A stretch of DNA of 64,000 nucleotides, from assembly GCA_976551045.1 (NCBI GenBank), contig CDPCPM010000014.1, forward strand, positions 7,998,001-8,062,000, in the 5' to 3' direction. The notes under the pieces are model-generated. The model was not told where the DNA came from. It made no database searches and saw only the letters and a list, made by a program, of their open reading frames with translations. Each line of letters begins with the position of its first letter. Within the stretch, counting starts at the first letter, position 1. This document shows, in pieces, positions 1 to 13,624 of this stretch. The position numbers and the translations under genes are program-made. The stretch is from Glaucostegus cemiculus (Eukaryota).

Positions 1-473
1 CAGAAATATTTGGTGATTTATTGATCTATTACCCAGTGTGAAGGGCAATGTACATAATTGCTTTAGTAAGCAAAAAATTGTCTTTTTAACCGTTACTTTA
101 GAAACTTCCTCTTTTCTGTTTGGCTAGCAGTTTGACCGCTCGCCACATCTACTCTTAGGAGTACAGAATGTAGGACATAGAACACAAGAACATACCTAAG
201 ATTTTTTTTTAATGTTTCCGGAGTTTCAATGGCTTCATAAATGCAATTTTTATTCTAATTACCCCGCTGGACAAATATGGGTCTCTAATTCAGAGATAAT
301 TTGTTTCATTTTGGGATCTATCTGCGCTGTTGTAGAGTTTCAAAGGACATCTTCCACGCCTTCTCATTACACAACAGGGATCTCAGTTTAAGACTCTTCA
401 CTGTCGACTTAAATCAGTAATGCGGAAACCTGTCCTTGGACAGTGTTTCACGGAGAATAAGTCTGACCTTGAA

Positions 474-474
474 C

Positions 475-515
<41 letters not shown>

Positions 516-651
516 TCGGCGGCACACAGACAAAAAGAGCAAGATCTAGAAACAGTGAATAACGCCGAGAGGGAGATTGACACAGAGAGAACGACAGACG
601 GAAAGAAATATATGCCCGTGTGTGTGTGTTTGTTTGTGTGTGTGTGGTGTG

Positions 652-690
<39 letters not shown>
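474..690. repeat. (GA)n / (GT)n / (GA)n microsatellite cluster
   Basis: GA runs at ~474-514 and ~655-690, GT run at ~618-653. Confidence 0.9.
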
Positions 691-691
<1 letters not shown>

Positions 692-3600
692 AGAACCAGA
701 GAGATGAAAAGTGCAGCTTGATCCACCCGGTTTAAACAAGAATGGGCGTTTTTTTTTGCCGGAAGTGATTAGATGGATGTTCTGGGCTGTGCTGTGCCCG
801 GCTCCAGCTTGCTCGGAGCAGTAAGCTAAGGCTGGAGGTTCTAACAGGCACCTGACTTGGTTCTGGGAAGCAGTTGTAGTAAGCTATTAATAGGAGCATC
901 CTGAAGGTGTCTCTGTTTGGTGAATTGTCTTTCTAGCCAGCTTTTAGTCTTCTGGACATGTTTCAGCCCCTTGTGGAGGTTCCCAGCTCTGCTTCCACTG
1001 TCAGAAATAAACATTTTTAAAAAAGGGAATTAAAGTTACTACTATGCAAGTCTCGCCATGAATATAATCAGGTTATTGACCACTCTACATTTCCTTTTTT
1101 TGACTGAATATGTTCAAGGTATTTGTCAACCATTATTCATGTGGGTGATCTGTTTTGAATGGGAACGGTGGGCTGGTTGTTTTTGTGCCGTCGTCTCCCC
1201 TTATCACTTTTCCTCTTTATTAGCTATCTGTTTCATTCCTTTTTTCATTCCCTTTCTTCGTCTCTTTCACATCCCCTCGACCAGGTTCTGTCTTTCTGTA
1301 TCTGTTTTTCTGTTACAGAAGTCCTTTCCCTCCTTGTACAGGAATCTAGTCCACCACCATGTTCAGGACCAAGGACAGAATATCATCCCTGCTGATAGTG
1401 GAAGTCCGGGCTAACTGTACTAAATCAATGCCCACGATTGGGCAAAAGGCCAACATTAACAGGATATTTCAGACTGTCGCTCAAATTAGCACCACTTTGC
1501 TGTCAACAGCGTAGACAAACACATAGGATGCAGATTTCAATAATATTTTTTTTAAAAAGAAACTCAGAGAGACAAAACTAACAAGAAGTGACCGGATTTC
1601 GTGGGTGACGAAAAACTGCCATCTTATAGGAAAAACACACATAAGCAGAGAGAAGAATGGCGGGAAAGAATGTGTTTACAATTAGGAAACCCTTTTCTAA
1701 AAGTAAAAGGCAATCAAAAAGATTGAAACGCAATAATGATGGTCATTTTTGTCGCTTATGTATGTTGCTGCTTCACGTAATGCACGCCCATTCCTTACCA
1801 GCATCAGTTCCCCATGCTTTTTTGACTCACTAAAATTAAAACTCTACATATTTCCATTCCTTTATTCGTTACATTTTATTTTAAACCTTTATCTTCGATT
1901 ATTTAACTACACTGGAACGGTGTGAGATTTAGGGAAGGGGAATATCATCATCAACAACTATAATAAGAGCAACCTGCAATTATATAAATCAATCTTTCTA
2001 AACGCTTACTAGGTAAAGCCGTTCGTGCACAAAACTATGTAAAGCATGTGTCAGGGATAAGAATAAGTAGGACATTCAATCTTTCTTTATTTTTCGTGAA
2101 AGGCTTGCGTTGTCCTATTCACCCCAGCAATGTGAGATGGTGTTTGCAAGGTATTCCATAACTAGGATCTGAAGGTGTGGGGGTTATAGCTGGAAATGTA
2201 CGGTGTATCCCATTATTCCACAAGACAGCACAATGGTCATTGGTCACTGGTCAGGTGATGTACGATGCTGGTTAATTCTTTAGGAAACTTTTTTACCTAC
2301 CTTCTATGACGAATGCATTGGTAACGTGTCGCCTTGGTCAAAACCTTGCTTGCAACGCAGTTAATTTCTGTGATGATTTGAGTATAATAGTTAATTGTGA
2401 CCATAGTTCTTTTTAAAGAAAAGTTTATCTCTTTTTGTCCCTTCCCGGATATATATTCGGTCTCGTTTGATGCTAAGAATTAAAACAGAAAATGAAATTT
2501 TATATTTGGCAATGGTTTCCCAAAGACAGTCCTCCATAGAGTTGACTTGATAACATGTTTTCTAAGAGAACTCACGTGGAATTTTATTATTCTAATTAAG
2601 CAAGTAGATGAAATGTACAAAATAAATCTTAATGGCAAAAAGTTTGTTCTGGCCTTCCCTTTATAGGATACATTTCCAAGACACAGCTGGAGTTTAGAGA
2701 ACCACATGACGATTCTCCTGGGATTAACTGTCATAATAACTTCGAGTATATCCCACCCTGACATAGTATTGTTATTTTTTTCATGATTCTCTCCCAAAAT
2801 TTTTTAGTCTGCTGACAAACGAAAATCGCATTGAAACTGTAACTGGGCGAAAGTGTTTTACAGAATCATTTCAAATGGAAAACACCTTTGCACACAAAAT
2901 AATTGGCGTAGTGGTGGTGGGATAGTGGGAGTGGGACGGGAAACTTGCACTTAAAACTGCATCACATCCCTCAGAAATGTCCCCGAACTTCCCACAGACA
3001 ACGTATTACTTTGAAGACTGATGTTATGTACATAGTTTTAATATAGTAGAAATAATATATAACCCGGTCTGTCCTTTGACTATTTTGGTGTATCGACGCT
3101 TACAGTGTATTAAGGCTTTCCCTGTCACTGAACGGTATTCCGATCTATTTTCCATAGTCCTGCAACTATTTTGTGTCTTGCCCCTCGTTTATGGCGTCGT
3201 TCTCCTTAAACTCTCAGTTTCTGCACGTCCTTTCAACCTCTGTTGTCTTCCCAACCCCATCCTCATTTTTCCAAATTTTGCCCTGGCTGCTTTAGTTCTC
3301 TCTTTGTATTTCTGCTTGTTCTCTGATATTACAGACGTCTCAACGACCCCCCCCCCCCCCCCACCGTAAGCTTTGGTCATTGACGCCTGTGTCCGATATG
3401 TATAGGCAAAGGTTAAAAAATCCAGACGACCGAGTGGCATAAAATAAAGAGCTTTAGAAACATTAAAATCAAAATATTAATAATTGTAACACCGAACTGA
3501 CAGAAATAATTCTACATAATAATAAAAAAAGAAAATAATTGATTCTCAATGGCAAAGCAGAAGTCAAATCAGGTTATAACAGTAACATTTTTGAAGCAAA

Positions 3601-4455
3601 TACAACCAGTTAAGGTACCTCAGGCGAAACATTTCCCTACGTTCTGGACCTGGAAGTGCATCACTTCAATTATTTGCTGCTATTTTTTTCAGAATAAAAG
3701 TTTAACAAAACTTGATTATTGCATTTACTTCTTTAATTTTTTTTTGCGATGACAATACAAATGTTAGGGCTCAGGTGTATTATCACAACCAATAGATCGG
3801 CAAACTCGAAATAAGAAAGTTCTTTCCTACCCCCTCAAGGAACTTGCTGTGTTCTGGAAGTGGCTATTGTGCAAGTGATTAACTTGATATTTCATTGTTA
3901 GGAAAATTATTGAGCGATAACAGTTTTTAGCGCAAAACACAAATATACTTAAAACACGTTATACATCCCAGTGTGTAGATACCCACACACGAATACACAC
4001 AGGTGTACTAGCACATAAGAAGGGTTATGTAGTCAATCGCCTGTGGATAGAACGAGGCCACCAGGAACTGGCGCCAGTTGACTGGGAACTATCCTGTCAA
4101 CCGCCCTCAAAATCCTATCTGTTTAGATAAGATAACCTGTCATTCTTATATATTCCAGGGGATGTAGGCCCATTCACACTAACGTTCAAATCAGTGCTGC
4201 TCATCAAATTTCCTCAAATATTACTAACAAGAGAACTAAAGTTTTTATTGTCTTTAGAATTAGACGAACGTTTTTCTACTTCTTGTTCCAATAGAACATA
4301 GAATTCTGTTCAGACAATTGATCATATATGGCAGATTAAAATGATTGGAGTTAACTCTCTCATCAAATTCTGTCTGCGACCTCATTCCGTTTTTTCCCCA
4401 ATATTGTGCTCAATCTCAAGTAACGCTCTCAATATTTTTCTCTTTTGGTTTTTAA

Positions 4456-4695
<240 letters not shown>

Positions 4696-5159
4696 TAATT
4701 GACCCTCAACCTTCATAACACGACGGCCTCAAGCCGTTTGTTTTAAAATTTACGAACGATATTTGGAGGAAGTAGGCAAGAGGATAAAAAAAAACTCTGA
4801 ATACTTAACATTTAAAAGTAATATATAGTTTCCTTCATGTTGTTTTCTAAAGAGTTGGACCCCTAACCATGGGGCAGCCCTCTAAGTGCAGGACAAATCC
4901 AATCTCCCGCTGGAGCAATTATTCCTGAGGCTGTGACCCCTTTGATCAGTCATTGACCTCTGTTTTTACTATGTTCCTTTTTCCTAAGAAACCTCTTTCT
5001 CTCATCCCCTAATCTTTTGGCTCTTTTTCTGCTACGTTTATCAGCTTCCTTCAAATTGACTGCTTTTAATGTACCATATCTGGATCATTATTTCATAATC
5101 TATCTCCTGCTGTTCATTTTGGAGATAATAAAATGTAGTTCTTTTAATTCTTTATCTGC

Positions 5160-5805
5160 TCCTCTTCCAACCTGGTCTACTGTATTCAGTGGTCACAATG
5201 TAGCCTCCTCTACATAGGTGAAACCAAGTGTAGACTAAGTGACTGTTTTTGCAGAGTACCTGTGCTCTGTTCAGACAACCATCTCGAGCTTCCATTGCAT
5301 GTCTGTTCAACTCCCCTTCCCACTTTCACACTGACCTGTCTGTCCCCGGCCTTCTCCATTGCCACAGTGAGGCCAAATGCAAATGTAGCATCTCATTTTC
5401 CACTTGGGTAGCTTAAAACCCAATGGTACAAGCAAGAATTTTCCAATCCCAGGTAACTCATACCCATGGTGTTGATCTCCCACACATGCTCACCTGTTCA
5501 TCTAGGTTTCTCCTGCCTTTGTTCACCCTTCCCATTCCCTCTGACTCCACTCCCCCACCTGGTTCTATCTGCCCACCATCTGGAGCCTCATCTAGTTCCA
5601 CTAATCACCTATCTGCCTCTATCCCACCCCTCCCTTGTACTTATATCTACTGGCAATCTTTTCTCTCCCCTCACCTGTTGTAGGATCTTGACCTGAAGCA
5701 TCTACATGCACCTTTTGTCTCCACAGATGCTGCTTGACCCATTGAGTTCTTCCAGTGTTCTGTGTTTTGTTCCAGATTCAAGCATCTGCAGTCTCTTTTG
5801 TCTTC
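5160..5805 (+). mobile_element. Penelope-like element (Neptune-type) 3' fragment: decayed GIY-YIG endonuclease plus 3' tail
   Basis: Translates SSNLVYCIQWSQCSLLYIGETKCRLSDCF/AEYLCSV (VY..YIGET..R GIY-YIG motif). Followed by a C/T-rich spacer, a hammerhead-like remnant (~5674-5705) and the CAGATGCTGC..GAGTTCTTCCAG..AGCATCTGCAGTCTC tail. Confidence 0.8.
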
Positions 5806-6329
5806 AACTGGATTTTCCCCATCTTGAACATTTGGTTTCATGCATTACCCTTATTCACATATATGGCCAAATTATCAGACAGGACTTCAGATGGAACACT
5901 TACTTCTCTTGCTCAATTGGTTCCAAGACTAGTTTATCTTCTTATGACATTTTCTCATCAATTGCTCTTCATTCATGATTGCCTGTATTTGTTTAGTGAA
6001 TCAAATACTGCTCCAAAAGCCTCTCGTCATTCTCTCCCCATTAGCCATAAATGTTTCTCTATTTTATTCAAACAACTGAGAGAAGTTACTCCCTACTTCA
6101 GTGGTGTAAAAAGACCATCTTGATACCCTTTAACCTGTCTGAATTTGCACTGTTTTGAAATTAAAAATATATAATAGTTTATTTCTCCAAACAATTCCTT
6201 TAGTTTCTCAAAACAATAAAGTTGTTACATTTCTCCTACTTTTCTCCTTTTATATCTATCACTTTCAAAATCCTAGTTCAGGATCACTAATTTTAATTTC
6301 AATGCTTCTGTGCATTTTCTATACCTCTT

Positions 6330-6510
6330 TGCCTCATTTTTTGTTCTTCACTTTTAAGATCCTCCTTAAAAGTCACCCCTTTAACCAACCAGCCCTTACC
6401 TCATCATACGTTTTAGCACCTTTTCTTGTTTTATTGCACTTCATGAGTGCCTTGGAGGATTTTTATTGATGTCTGAGGTGTGATATACAGTAAATGCAAA
6501 TCATTGTTGA
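6330..6510 (+). mobile_element. Old LINE (L2-like) 3' end remnant
   Basis: CTCCTTAAAA..CCTTTAACCAA ... AAATGCAAAT..GTTG tail; similar remnant at ~28260-28380. Confidence 0.4.
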
Positions 6511-7419
6511 GTTGACCTGTTCTATGGAGTCAGCTTCTACATTTTTTATTCTCGGTTTGAAGAAGTAATAATCTGCAGAAGGAAAACAACGGTATTTATA
6601 GTGCATTTTTGACAAAGACCTTAGAGCAACTTAGATGGAGAAATCCTAGCAATCACCGTCATATTCTAAAATGTTGTATTGAATAACTTTTTTTTTCCTA
6701 TCCCAGGACAAATGAGATCAAATGTAATGCCTGCCTTGTTTACCTTCACTAATTCAGAACAAGGGATTAAAGCAGGGACCTAACCCAACTCTGATCATAA
6801 TTGCTTCCTGTTTTAGACGTCTATTACAATTTGATGTGCTAAACTGACAGGCACCTCAAGCTAGGCTTTTCCTTTCACTGAAATGATGATCTACACCAAC
6901 ATGAAGAGTTCTTAATGAAATTAAAGGTTTTACATTTGTAACAGATATGAAAAATGTAGCCATCCGAAATGCACTATGCTAGACAATGAATCTACCAGAA
7001 ACTTTACATCAGTTGAATGTCATTAAAAAAGTGTTGAAGCAGTTGAATACAAACAGGCAGAACACATATTGAAGGTAAATCCCAAACGTGATTCACTGAT
7101 GAAAGGAGGAGTATTTTCATTGCTGTAGCATTTTTCAGTATCAGTGGCCGCTGTGATTTAGTTTCATTAATTGAATAAGTGCTACATTATTCAGCAGCAT
7201 TAATAGGCCATGCTTTGTAATGTGCTGATTACAAAACTTGTCTGCACATCAAATTGTAATAAACCTTTTACTATTAAAAAAGTAACATCAAATTGCATCT
7301 CTTTTTAAAAGGCAAACATCTATTGCATATTTTTTGAAATCCTGGATTTGGAGCAGCGAGTTCCCCAAACCCCCCAAAAGAGTAAACTCATTAAAAAAAC
7401 ACCTGATTTGTGCATTCCT

Positions 7420-7740
7420 AGCAAGGTGAGCAATTATTGTCCTTTCCTAATAGCCTTTGAGAAGGTGGTGGTAACTTGCTTCCTGAACCACGCCAGTTCT
7501 TCTGAAGAAGCTCTTTTCACAATGATATTGTGAGAGAGTTCCATAATTTAGACCCAGCACCAGCGAAGGGCCAGCAATATATTCCCAATCAGGATGTGGT
7601 GTGACTTAGAAGGCAACATGCAGGTGGTGGTGTTCCCATGCTCCTGCTGCCCTTTTCCTTCTTGGTGTTGGGGGTTGCAGATTTAGGAGGTGCTGTGGGA
7701 GTAGCCTAGGCAAGTGACTGCAGTGCATCCTGTAGATAAG
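7420..7740 (-). mobile_element. LINE 3' fragment (same family as 17745-17940 and 49760-50630)
   Basis: GCCTTTGAGAAGGTGGTGGT..CTTCCTGAACC..GAGAGTTCCATAATTTAGACCCAGC matches the reverse complement of 17745-17940. Confidence 0.6.
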
Positions 7741-7934
7741 GACTGTATACCACAGAGATCAATAGCTTGGATCAATGTATCTCACAATTAGGTTATCCCC
7801 AACCTTAAGAGACGCTCAAGAAATAATGTCGCAGTGTTTACATTGAGGGTTAGAACCTTGGATCAGTGGTATTACAGTTGATTCTGAAACTGTTTATTGG
7901 CTTCTGAACCACTCCAATATTTGAGCACGGAAGG

Positions 7935-9870
7935 ATCTTAGAAATAGGGGCAGGAGTAGGCTAGGGCCTCTCATGCATATTCCCTGATTCAATGAGTTAA
8001 TGATCGAAGTGATCTTGGCTTAAACTCCACCAATGCTCAGTTCCTCTAAGGTTTAAAAATCTATCCAAGTTCTTGATTCCCCCACTAGAGAAATCATTCT
8101 CCTGGTATCTATACTGTGAAGCCCCTTCAGAATCTCATTTCCTTCTAAGTTCCAGAGTTCAGTTCTAATTCATTTTTTCTCATAATCTCTCTTCTTTACA
8201 TGGAATCAATCTAGTTAACATTCTCTGCTCTGCTTCCACAACAAGCATAGTCTTACTTATGCAGTGTTCCAGGTATGGCATCAGTACCTATGTACTGCAT
8301 CCTCCTTGTGAAAAAGGTCAACATCCCAATTTGGAAATTAAATCTCAATGAGCACCAGTATTCAAGAATAAGATTACTTGACTAATACTCTGCTTTTTCT
8401 ACCACAGTAAAGAACTTTTAATTTCTCCACATTTTACACTATTTGCCATGGCATTTATAGAGTCATAGAATCCTACAGCATGGAAATAGGGCTTTCAGCC
8501 CAGCAAGTCTGCACTGATCATCAAGCATCCATTTACACTAATCCCATTTTATTTTCCCATATTCCTATTAATTTCCCCAGATTCTACCAGCCACCTACAC
8601 TAGGTGCAGTTTCTGGTGGCCAATTCAATTATCACCCTGCACATCTTTGGGATGTTGGAGGAAATCGGAGCACTCAGAACAAACCTGTGCAGTCACATGG
8701 AGAATGTGCAAACTGCACACAGACAGCATCTGAGGTCAGGATTGAACCTGGGTCACTGGAGATGTGGGGTAGTAATTCCACTTGCTGCACTACTGTGTTG
8801 CCCATTTGGTCTTTGTAAACTCTTAATGTTCTTTTCACAATTTAATTTCCATCCACCTTTGTAACATCAGAAATTTTTGATACAATGTATCCAATCCCCT
8901 TGTCTATTCTTTAATATAAATTGTAAATAGATGAAAATCCAACATTGATTCCCTGTAGTTATAATTTGCCAACCTAAAATTGAATGGTATCCCTCCTCTT
9001 TGCTTTCTGTCAGTTAACTTAACTCCTATCCTTACTAATGTATTGCTGCCAGTACCACAAGCCCATACATTGTGCAGTAACTTCATGAATATCTTTTGGA
9101 AACTTAAGTACGCTACATCCACTGGCTCCCAAAGTCCATCCTGCAATGAACTCAACTAAATTTATCAAACATAGTTTCTATTTCATAAAAATGTGTTTTC
9201 TGTGCCTAATCAAGTAAATTCCTAATTATCTGTTTACTAGTTTTCTAATAATAGATTTCAGCAATTTTTTTAATAGCAGATAATAAGGCTGTAGATGATA
9301 ATCCTACTTTCTCTCTCCTTCCTTCCTTGGATATATTATTATATTTCTAGTTATCCAATCTATTGGGACCTTTCCTAATCCAGGGAATTTATGAAGCTTC
9401 TAGCCAATGCATCCACAACCTTTACAGTCAACTCCATTATAATCCTACAATGCAGGCCATCAGGACTGGGGCACTTGTCAGGATTTAGACCTATTAGTTT
9501 GTCTAGTACTTTTTCTCTAGTGATGATGATGCTTTAATTTATTGCCTTCTGTTTAATTCTGATATTTCTTTTAATTTTTGGCAACTTTTCATTATCAATC
9601 CTGAAAGCAGATACAAAATACTTATTTACCATCTCTGCTATTTTCCCATCTCCCATTATTAATTCACCCATCCCACTGTCTAAGAGGCCAATGTTTATTT
9701 TTGCTCATTGCTTCCTTTTTAAATACCTGTAGAAGCTCTTGTAATGCTTTTACTTTTCTTGATAGTTTACTCTGATATTTTACTTTTTGCACCTTTACAA
9801 AATTTTTAATTAACTTTTGCTGGTTTCTTATAATTTTCCCAATCATCTGGTCTACCAGTATTTTTCACAT
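7935..9870 (-). mobile_element. Old, degraded CR1-type LINE fragment, interrupted by a SINE at 8457-8803
   Basis: Minus-strand CR1 ORF2-like peptides (EPVDVAYLSFQKIF, 8904-9155 ORF) and a CR1-type 3' end near 7940-8000. Confidence 0.6.
8457..8803 (-). mobile_element. HE1-type tRNA-derived V-SINE
   Basis: Reverse strand begins GGGCAACACAGTAGTGCAGC, has a GACCCAGGTTCAATCC B box and the V-domain TTTCCTCCAACATCCCAAAGATGTGC, and ends in the CR1-shared tail GGGCTGAAAGCCCTATTTCCATGCTGTAGGATTCTATGACTCTA. Confidence 0.85.
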
Positions 9871-10307
9871 TGTAAGAAATATAACCTCAACTGTTATTTC
9901 AGTGCACCAGATGAAACAAGCAAAATTGATTTGCCTCTTTTGAAATGATCTTAAAAGATCCATGGACTTTTTGTGACCAAAACCTTGTGGTTCCCTTGGC
10001 AGACTGACCAACATTCATATTTTAACTCTACAGAAAACAATTAATTCCATTTCTTGTTTGTGGACTCAGTAAGAGTGCAAAATGCTGCTGGATTTACTTA
10101 CATTACAAGAGTGACTACATTTGAAAAATACTTCATTCATTTTCCGGCACCATGAAGATATGAAAGACTTTTCTCTAGTAGTCAACTAACCCTTACTCAC
10201 CCTTTAGAACTAGCTCAAAAGTACTGAAGTTAGGAGCCTGTGATTGGATAGACTCTATCGGCTGTTGCATGATTTGGGGTTAAAAACACCTTTTTAATTT
10301 TATTCAG

Positions 10308-10372
10308 GATTATTCGGACAAAGGTGCAGCAGCCTCCAAATCAGCAATCGCCAGTCTCGTCCCATACTATAG
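10308..10372 (+). CDS. pax5: Pax5 coding exon (exon 4 equivalent)
   Basis: ttttattcag|G ... ACTATAG|gtaaga; 65 bp; phase-compatible with the previous exon. Translates (R)IIRTKVQQPPNQQSPVSSHTI; QQPPNQ is Pax5-specific. Confidence 0.96.
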
Positions 10373-12720
10373 GTAAGAGTCATTGCTAAACTGTTGTTTC
10401 ACTTATGTAAAACATACTTTGCTCTAAATCTTGAAGAAATGGCATTTAATCTGAGGACTAACTGCATCAGAACGTCTGATATGAGTAGAAGTTAAATTTT
10501 GCTCTCTCTGCCAATGCCTTCCTGAACTGTTATTTGTGATTTCCCAACCTGTTACCCCTCTGCTCCTACCCATATTCCTGTCCTTTCTCATTATAGGTTG
10601 GGGTTTGTGGAGGGTGCCCATTCTTCACATGAAAGTTAGGCTGCTCTTAAGGGTTAGATTTTTTTTCTGGGGAAATTGTGAGCAGATCTGTAGACCCTTT
10701 GACACCTCAAATGTTCATTGTTGTGTATGTCACAGACTTTGTTCTCTTTGTTCAGTTGCAATGATAATATCGTGAATGTAATTGATTCTTAGTGAACTGA
10801 GCTTAGCATTTGATTCTTTCCAATGTTTGTATGATTGAGATATTATATCTGATCCAGCATAAGAATGCTTTTACCCCACCCTTAAAATACCACTTTGATT
10901 CCCTTCTAGAGCTGATAACTTTAAATCTATCCAAATATCAAAGGGTCACATCTTTTAATATACTTACTAAACAAAGAGAGCACGAAATAATTTGGTTAAC
11001 CTCATCTCCTGCTCCTGGGCATGCCATGCTTTTATATGAATATACATCAGGCCGCTATTATATTCAATCTTGATCAGTTTATAGCTGAGCTCAAACAGGA
11101 TAGAGGATTAACCTCTAATTAGTTACCACTCATCTGGGCAATAACTGTAATGTAATCTGATTGTTATTACTGTTGGGTTTTTCTGGCTAACAATCAAAAT
11201 GCTTCAACTTCTCCACTGCCTCAGTGTTTCTAAGCAACTTATAGTTCAAATGCAATTCACCAAAATAACTGGGGTTCTGAAGTCTGACGATTATTTCGAT
11301 AAAAAGATTTCACATTGTAATACAAAATTGAAATCCAAAATTTAAAGTGGCAATAGAATGGCCATAGAATGTGATGTAATTAAAGTAATACATCCATAAA
11401 GGAAACTATATTACATTTTCTGCATCGTTAAGCACTAAGGAGTTATGAAAGTTTTATTCTTTTCTTTTAATTCCCCTTTCTCAGTTTCTTTCAGTGTTGA
11501 TTGTGCCTTTGCAATTTGCACTATGTGATTTAAGTTTCCACCAAAATTGAACTTTTCCTTTAAATTAACCTTTATTTTAAGTATAACTCTCAGTGCTTGT
11601 GTATGTTTATATCTACAGCACAGATGGGCAACTGATTATTCTGCTAAAGTAAAGATTCTGGTCACTGTGTGTTTGAAAGCAGTGAAGATTTCATTGAAGG
11701 ACTTCCTCTTTGCATCTGGATTATGATAATATGCAAAACAGAGGCAAAATTCATAGCACCATTAGTAAGAGTGGTTGAAAGCTCATTCCTTCTTGACCTG
11801 TTTGGTACCTTCTTACACCCTGTTCTTTCAGTGCTGGGGTGCAGTTCCACCAGTAGTAGCATAACCAGTATGCCTATCTTTTATATGTCATCTCAGACAG
11901 TAAGCTTCAGCAGATTATTTTTGTACAGGTTGCATCACACTACGTTATTGACTTGGGGTATTTCGTTCCTATCAATAGATTCTCAGGTGGTCAAAGAATC
12001 AACTTCTGTATGTTTTTTAGGGGTTCAGTGGGCAAATATCAAAAGGCTTCTTTTGGATTCAATGAACTAATACTCACAGAGTTCTGATAGATTCATTCAA
12101 CCAATACCCACTGGTTTGTGATGAGTTCAGCCAATACCCACAGATTTCCAATATTCATTGGACAAATAGCCACAGTTTTTTAATACTTTCAATTGACTAT
12201 GCTGGGTTTTGTGTTCAATTAGGTGAAATGATGGAATGTAAACATTACTGTAGTGACCAAACAGAGATATGGGGACAAAGGTAAAAAAGCTGCAGATTTT
12301 GGTACCAAAATATATGTATGGGGACTACAGAGACACTTAGTTAATTCTTTGACTTTCAGGTATGTTCTTTCGGGTGGTTTGTCTGCTGCATCATTGAGGT
12401 GAGAAAATGTGTTCTATGATGCATGGCCAGTGAACCAGTCACAAGTGTTAAGGGTCATTCATACCCTTTGGCTTTGAACTTCGAAGAGACACATTTCTCC
12501 TTACTGAAGACTTAGTGTGCAAGAAAGGATAGATTCTTTACAAACACCAACTTCTTTGGATATAGCAACCTTAATATGACAGAATGTCCCAATGTACTTG
12601 ACTGACTGTACACCGTGAACCAATAAATAATTTGGTTAGAATTGAAATTGCCTATATGGCTGCAGTTCAGAGTTACTCCTTCCCTCCCCTAGTGTTGAAC
12701 ATTCACAGTCCTAGTCAGGA

Positions 12721-12748
12721 ATTAATTATGATCACGCCAAGCGTGACA
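12721..12748. promoter_or_regulatory. Candidate homeodomain plus Pax2/5/8 paired-domain composite site
   Basis: ATTAATTATGATCACGCCAAGCGTGACA: TAATTA next to GCCAAGCGTGAC (Pax5 consensus core). Confidence 0.5.
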
Positions 12749-12903
12749 AATGAATTTGTGTGGTCCTTGTCCTTGAAACTCAATCTTTCTTGGAAAGCCA
12801 GCAATGACAGATCCAAATTGATTTTTCCACAGGAGAATGTTTTGCATCTTGGTTTACAATGTCCTCTAAACTAACTAATCCTAGTTGTTGTTGACACCCA
12901 TAG

Positions 12904-13035
12904 CACCAAGCACTGTGCCAGTGACTCCAGTTCCTTCTGCCGCCACAGATTCAGCGGGATCTTCCTACTCCATCAGTGGGATTCTGGGAATCACACCATC
13001 TAATAATGAGAATAACAAGAGAAAACGCAATGAAG
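12904..13035 (+). CDS. pax5: Pax5 coding exon (exon 5 equivalent), octapeptide and basic NLS
   Basis: cccatag|CA ... AATGAAG|gtaagt; 132 bp. Translates [44 protein letters not shown](G); octapeptide YSISGILG is Pax5-type; KRKR NLS. Confidence 0.93.
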
Positions 13036-13127
13036 GTAAGTGCAAATGTGATGGATTAAAAGAAGATGCACTTTATGGGAATCTAGAAGCATGTGTCAGT
13101 AATCAGTGAAAGAAAAACAAACACTTT

Positions 13128-13460
13128 GGGGTGGCACAATGGTGCAGCTAGTGGAGCTGCTTCCCCAAAGCTCCTGGTTCAAACCTGACCCCTGGTGCAC
13201 CTGCTTATTATCCATGTGATTGCATGGGTTTCCTCTGCTGTTCTGGTTTTCTTCCATATTCCAAAGATGTGCGGGTCAGTAGGTTAATTCACCACTGTAT
13301 ATTACTCCTAGTGTGGTGAGTGGTAGAATCTGTGGGGAGTTGATGGGAATGTGGTGAGAATAAAAATGAAATTAATGTAAGATCAGTGTAAGTAATGAGC
13401 TTGATGGTTGGTGCGGTCTCAGTCGCTGAAGGGCCTGTTTCTATACTGTATGACTCTCTG
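13128..13460 (+). mobile_element. HE1-type V-SINE ~90 bp downstream of the exon 5 donor
   Basis: GGGGTGGCACAATGGTGCAGC (A box), GGTTCAAACC (B box), CCATATTCCAAAGATGTGCGGG, tail GCTGAAGGGCCTGTTTCTATACTGTATGACTCT. Confidence 0.85.
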
Positions 13461-13624
13461 CTAAAACTTCTATTTTATCAATGAATCCAAACTCATTGGA
13501 CTAACATCTGCGTACATGATGTTGACATTGCCAAAATATAACAAAGTGGAAATTAATGTTCAAATTTCTTGTAATTTATAAACAACAATTCAAAATCCAA
13601 TCCAACAATCCAAACAAAGATCCA

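Noticed and set aside
398-739. ORFs of 78-113 aa over the GA/GT repeats
   Set aside because: Low-complexity translations of microsatellites (SLSLSL, ERERER, HTHT).
12885-13109. 74-aa ORF treated as a standalone gene
   Set aside because: It is pax5 exon 5 read through both splice sites; only 12904-13035 is coding.
13128-13200. tRNA gene
   Set aside because: A/B boxes belong to a SINE head that continues into the V-domain and CR1-type tail; no complete cloverleaf.
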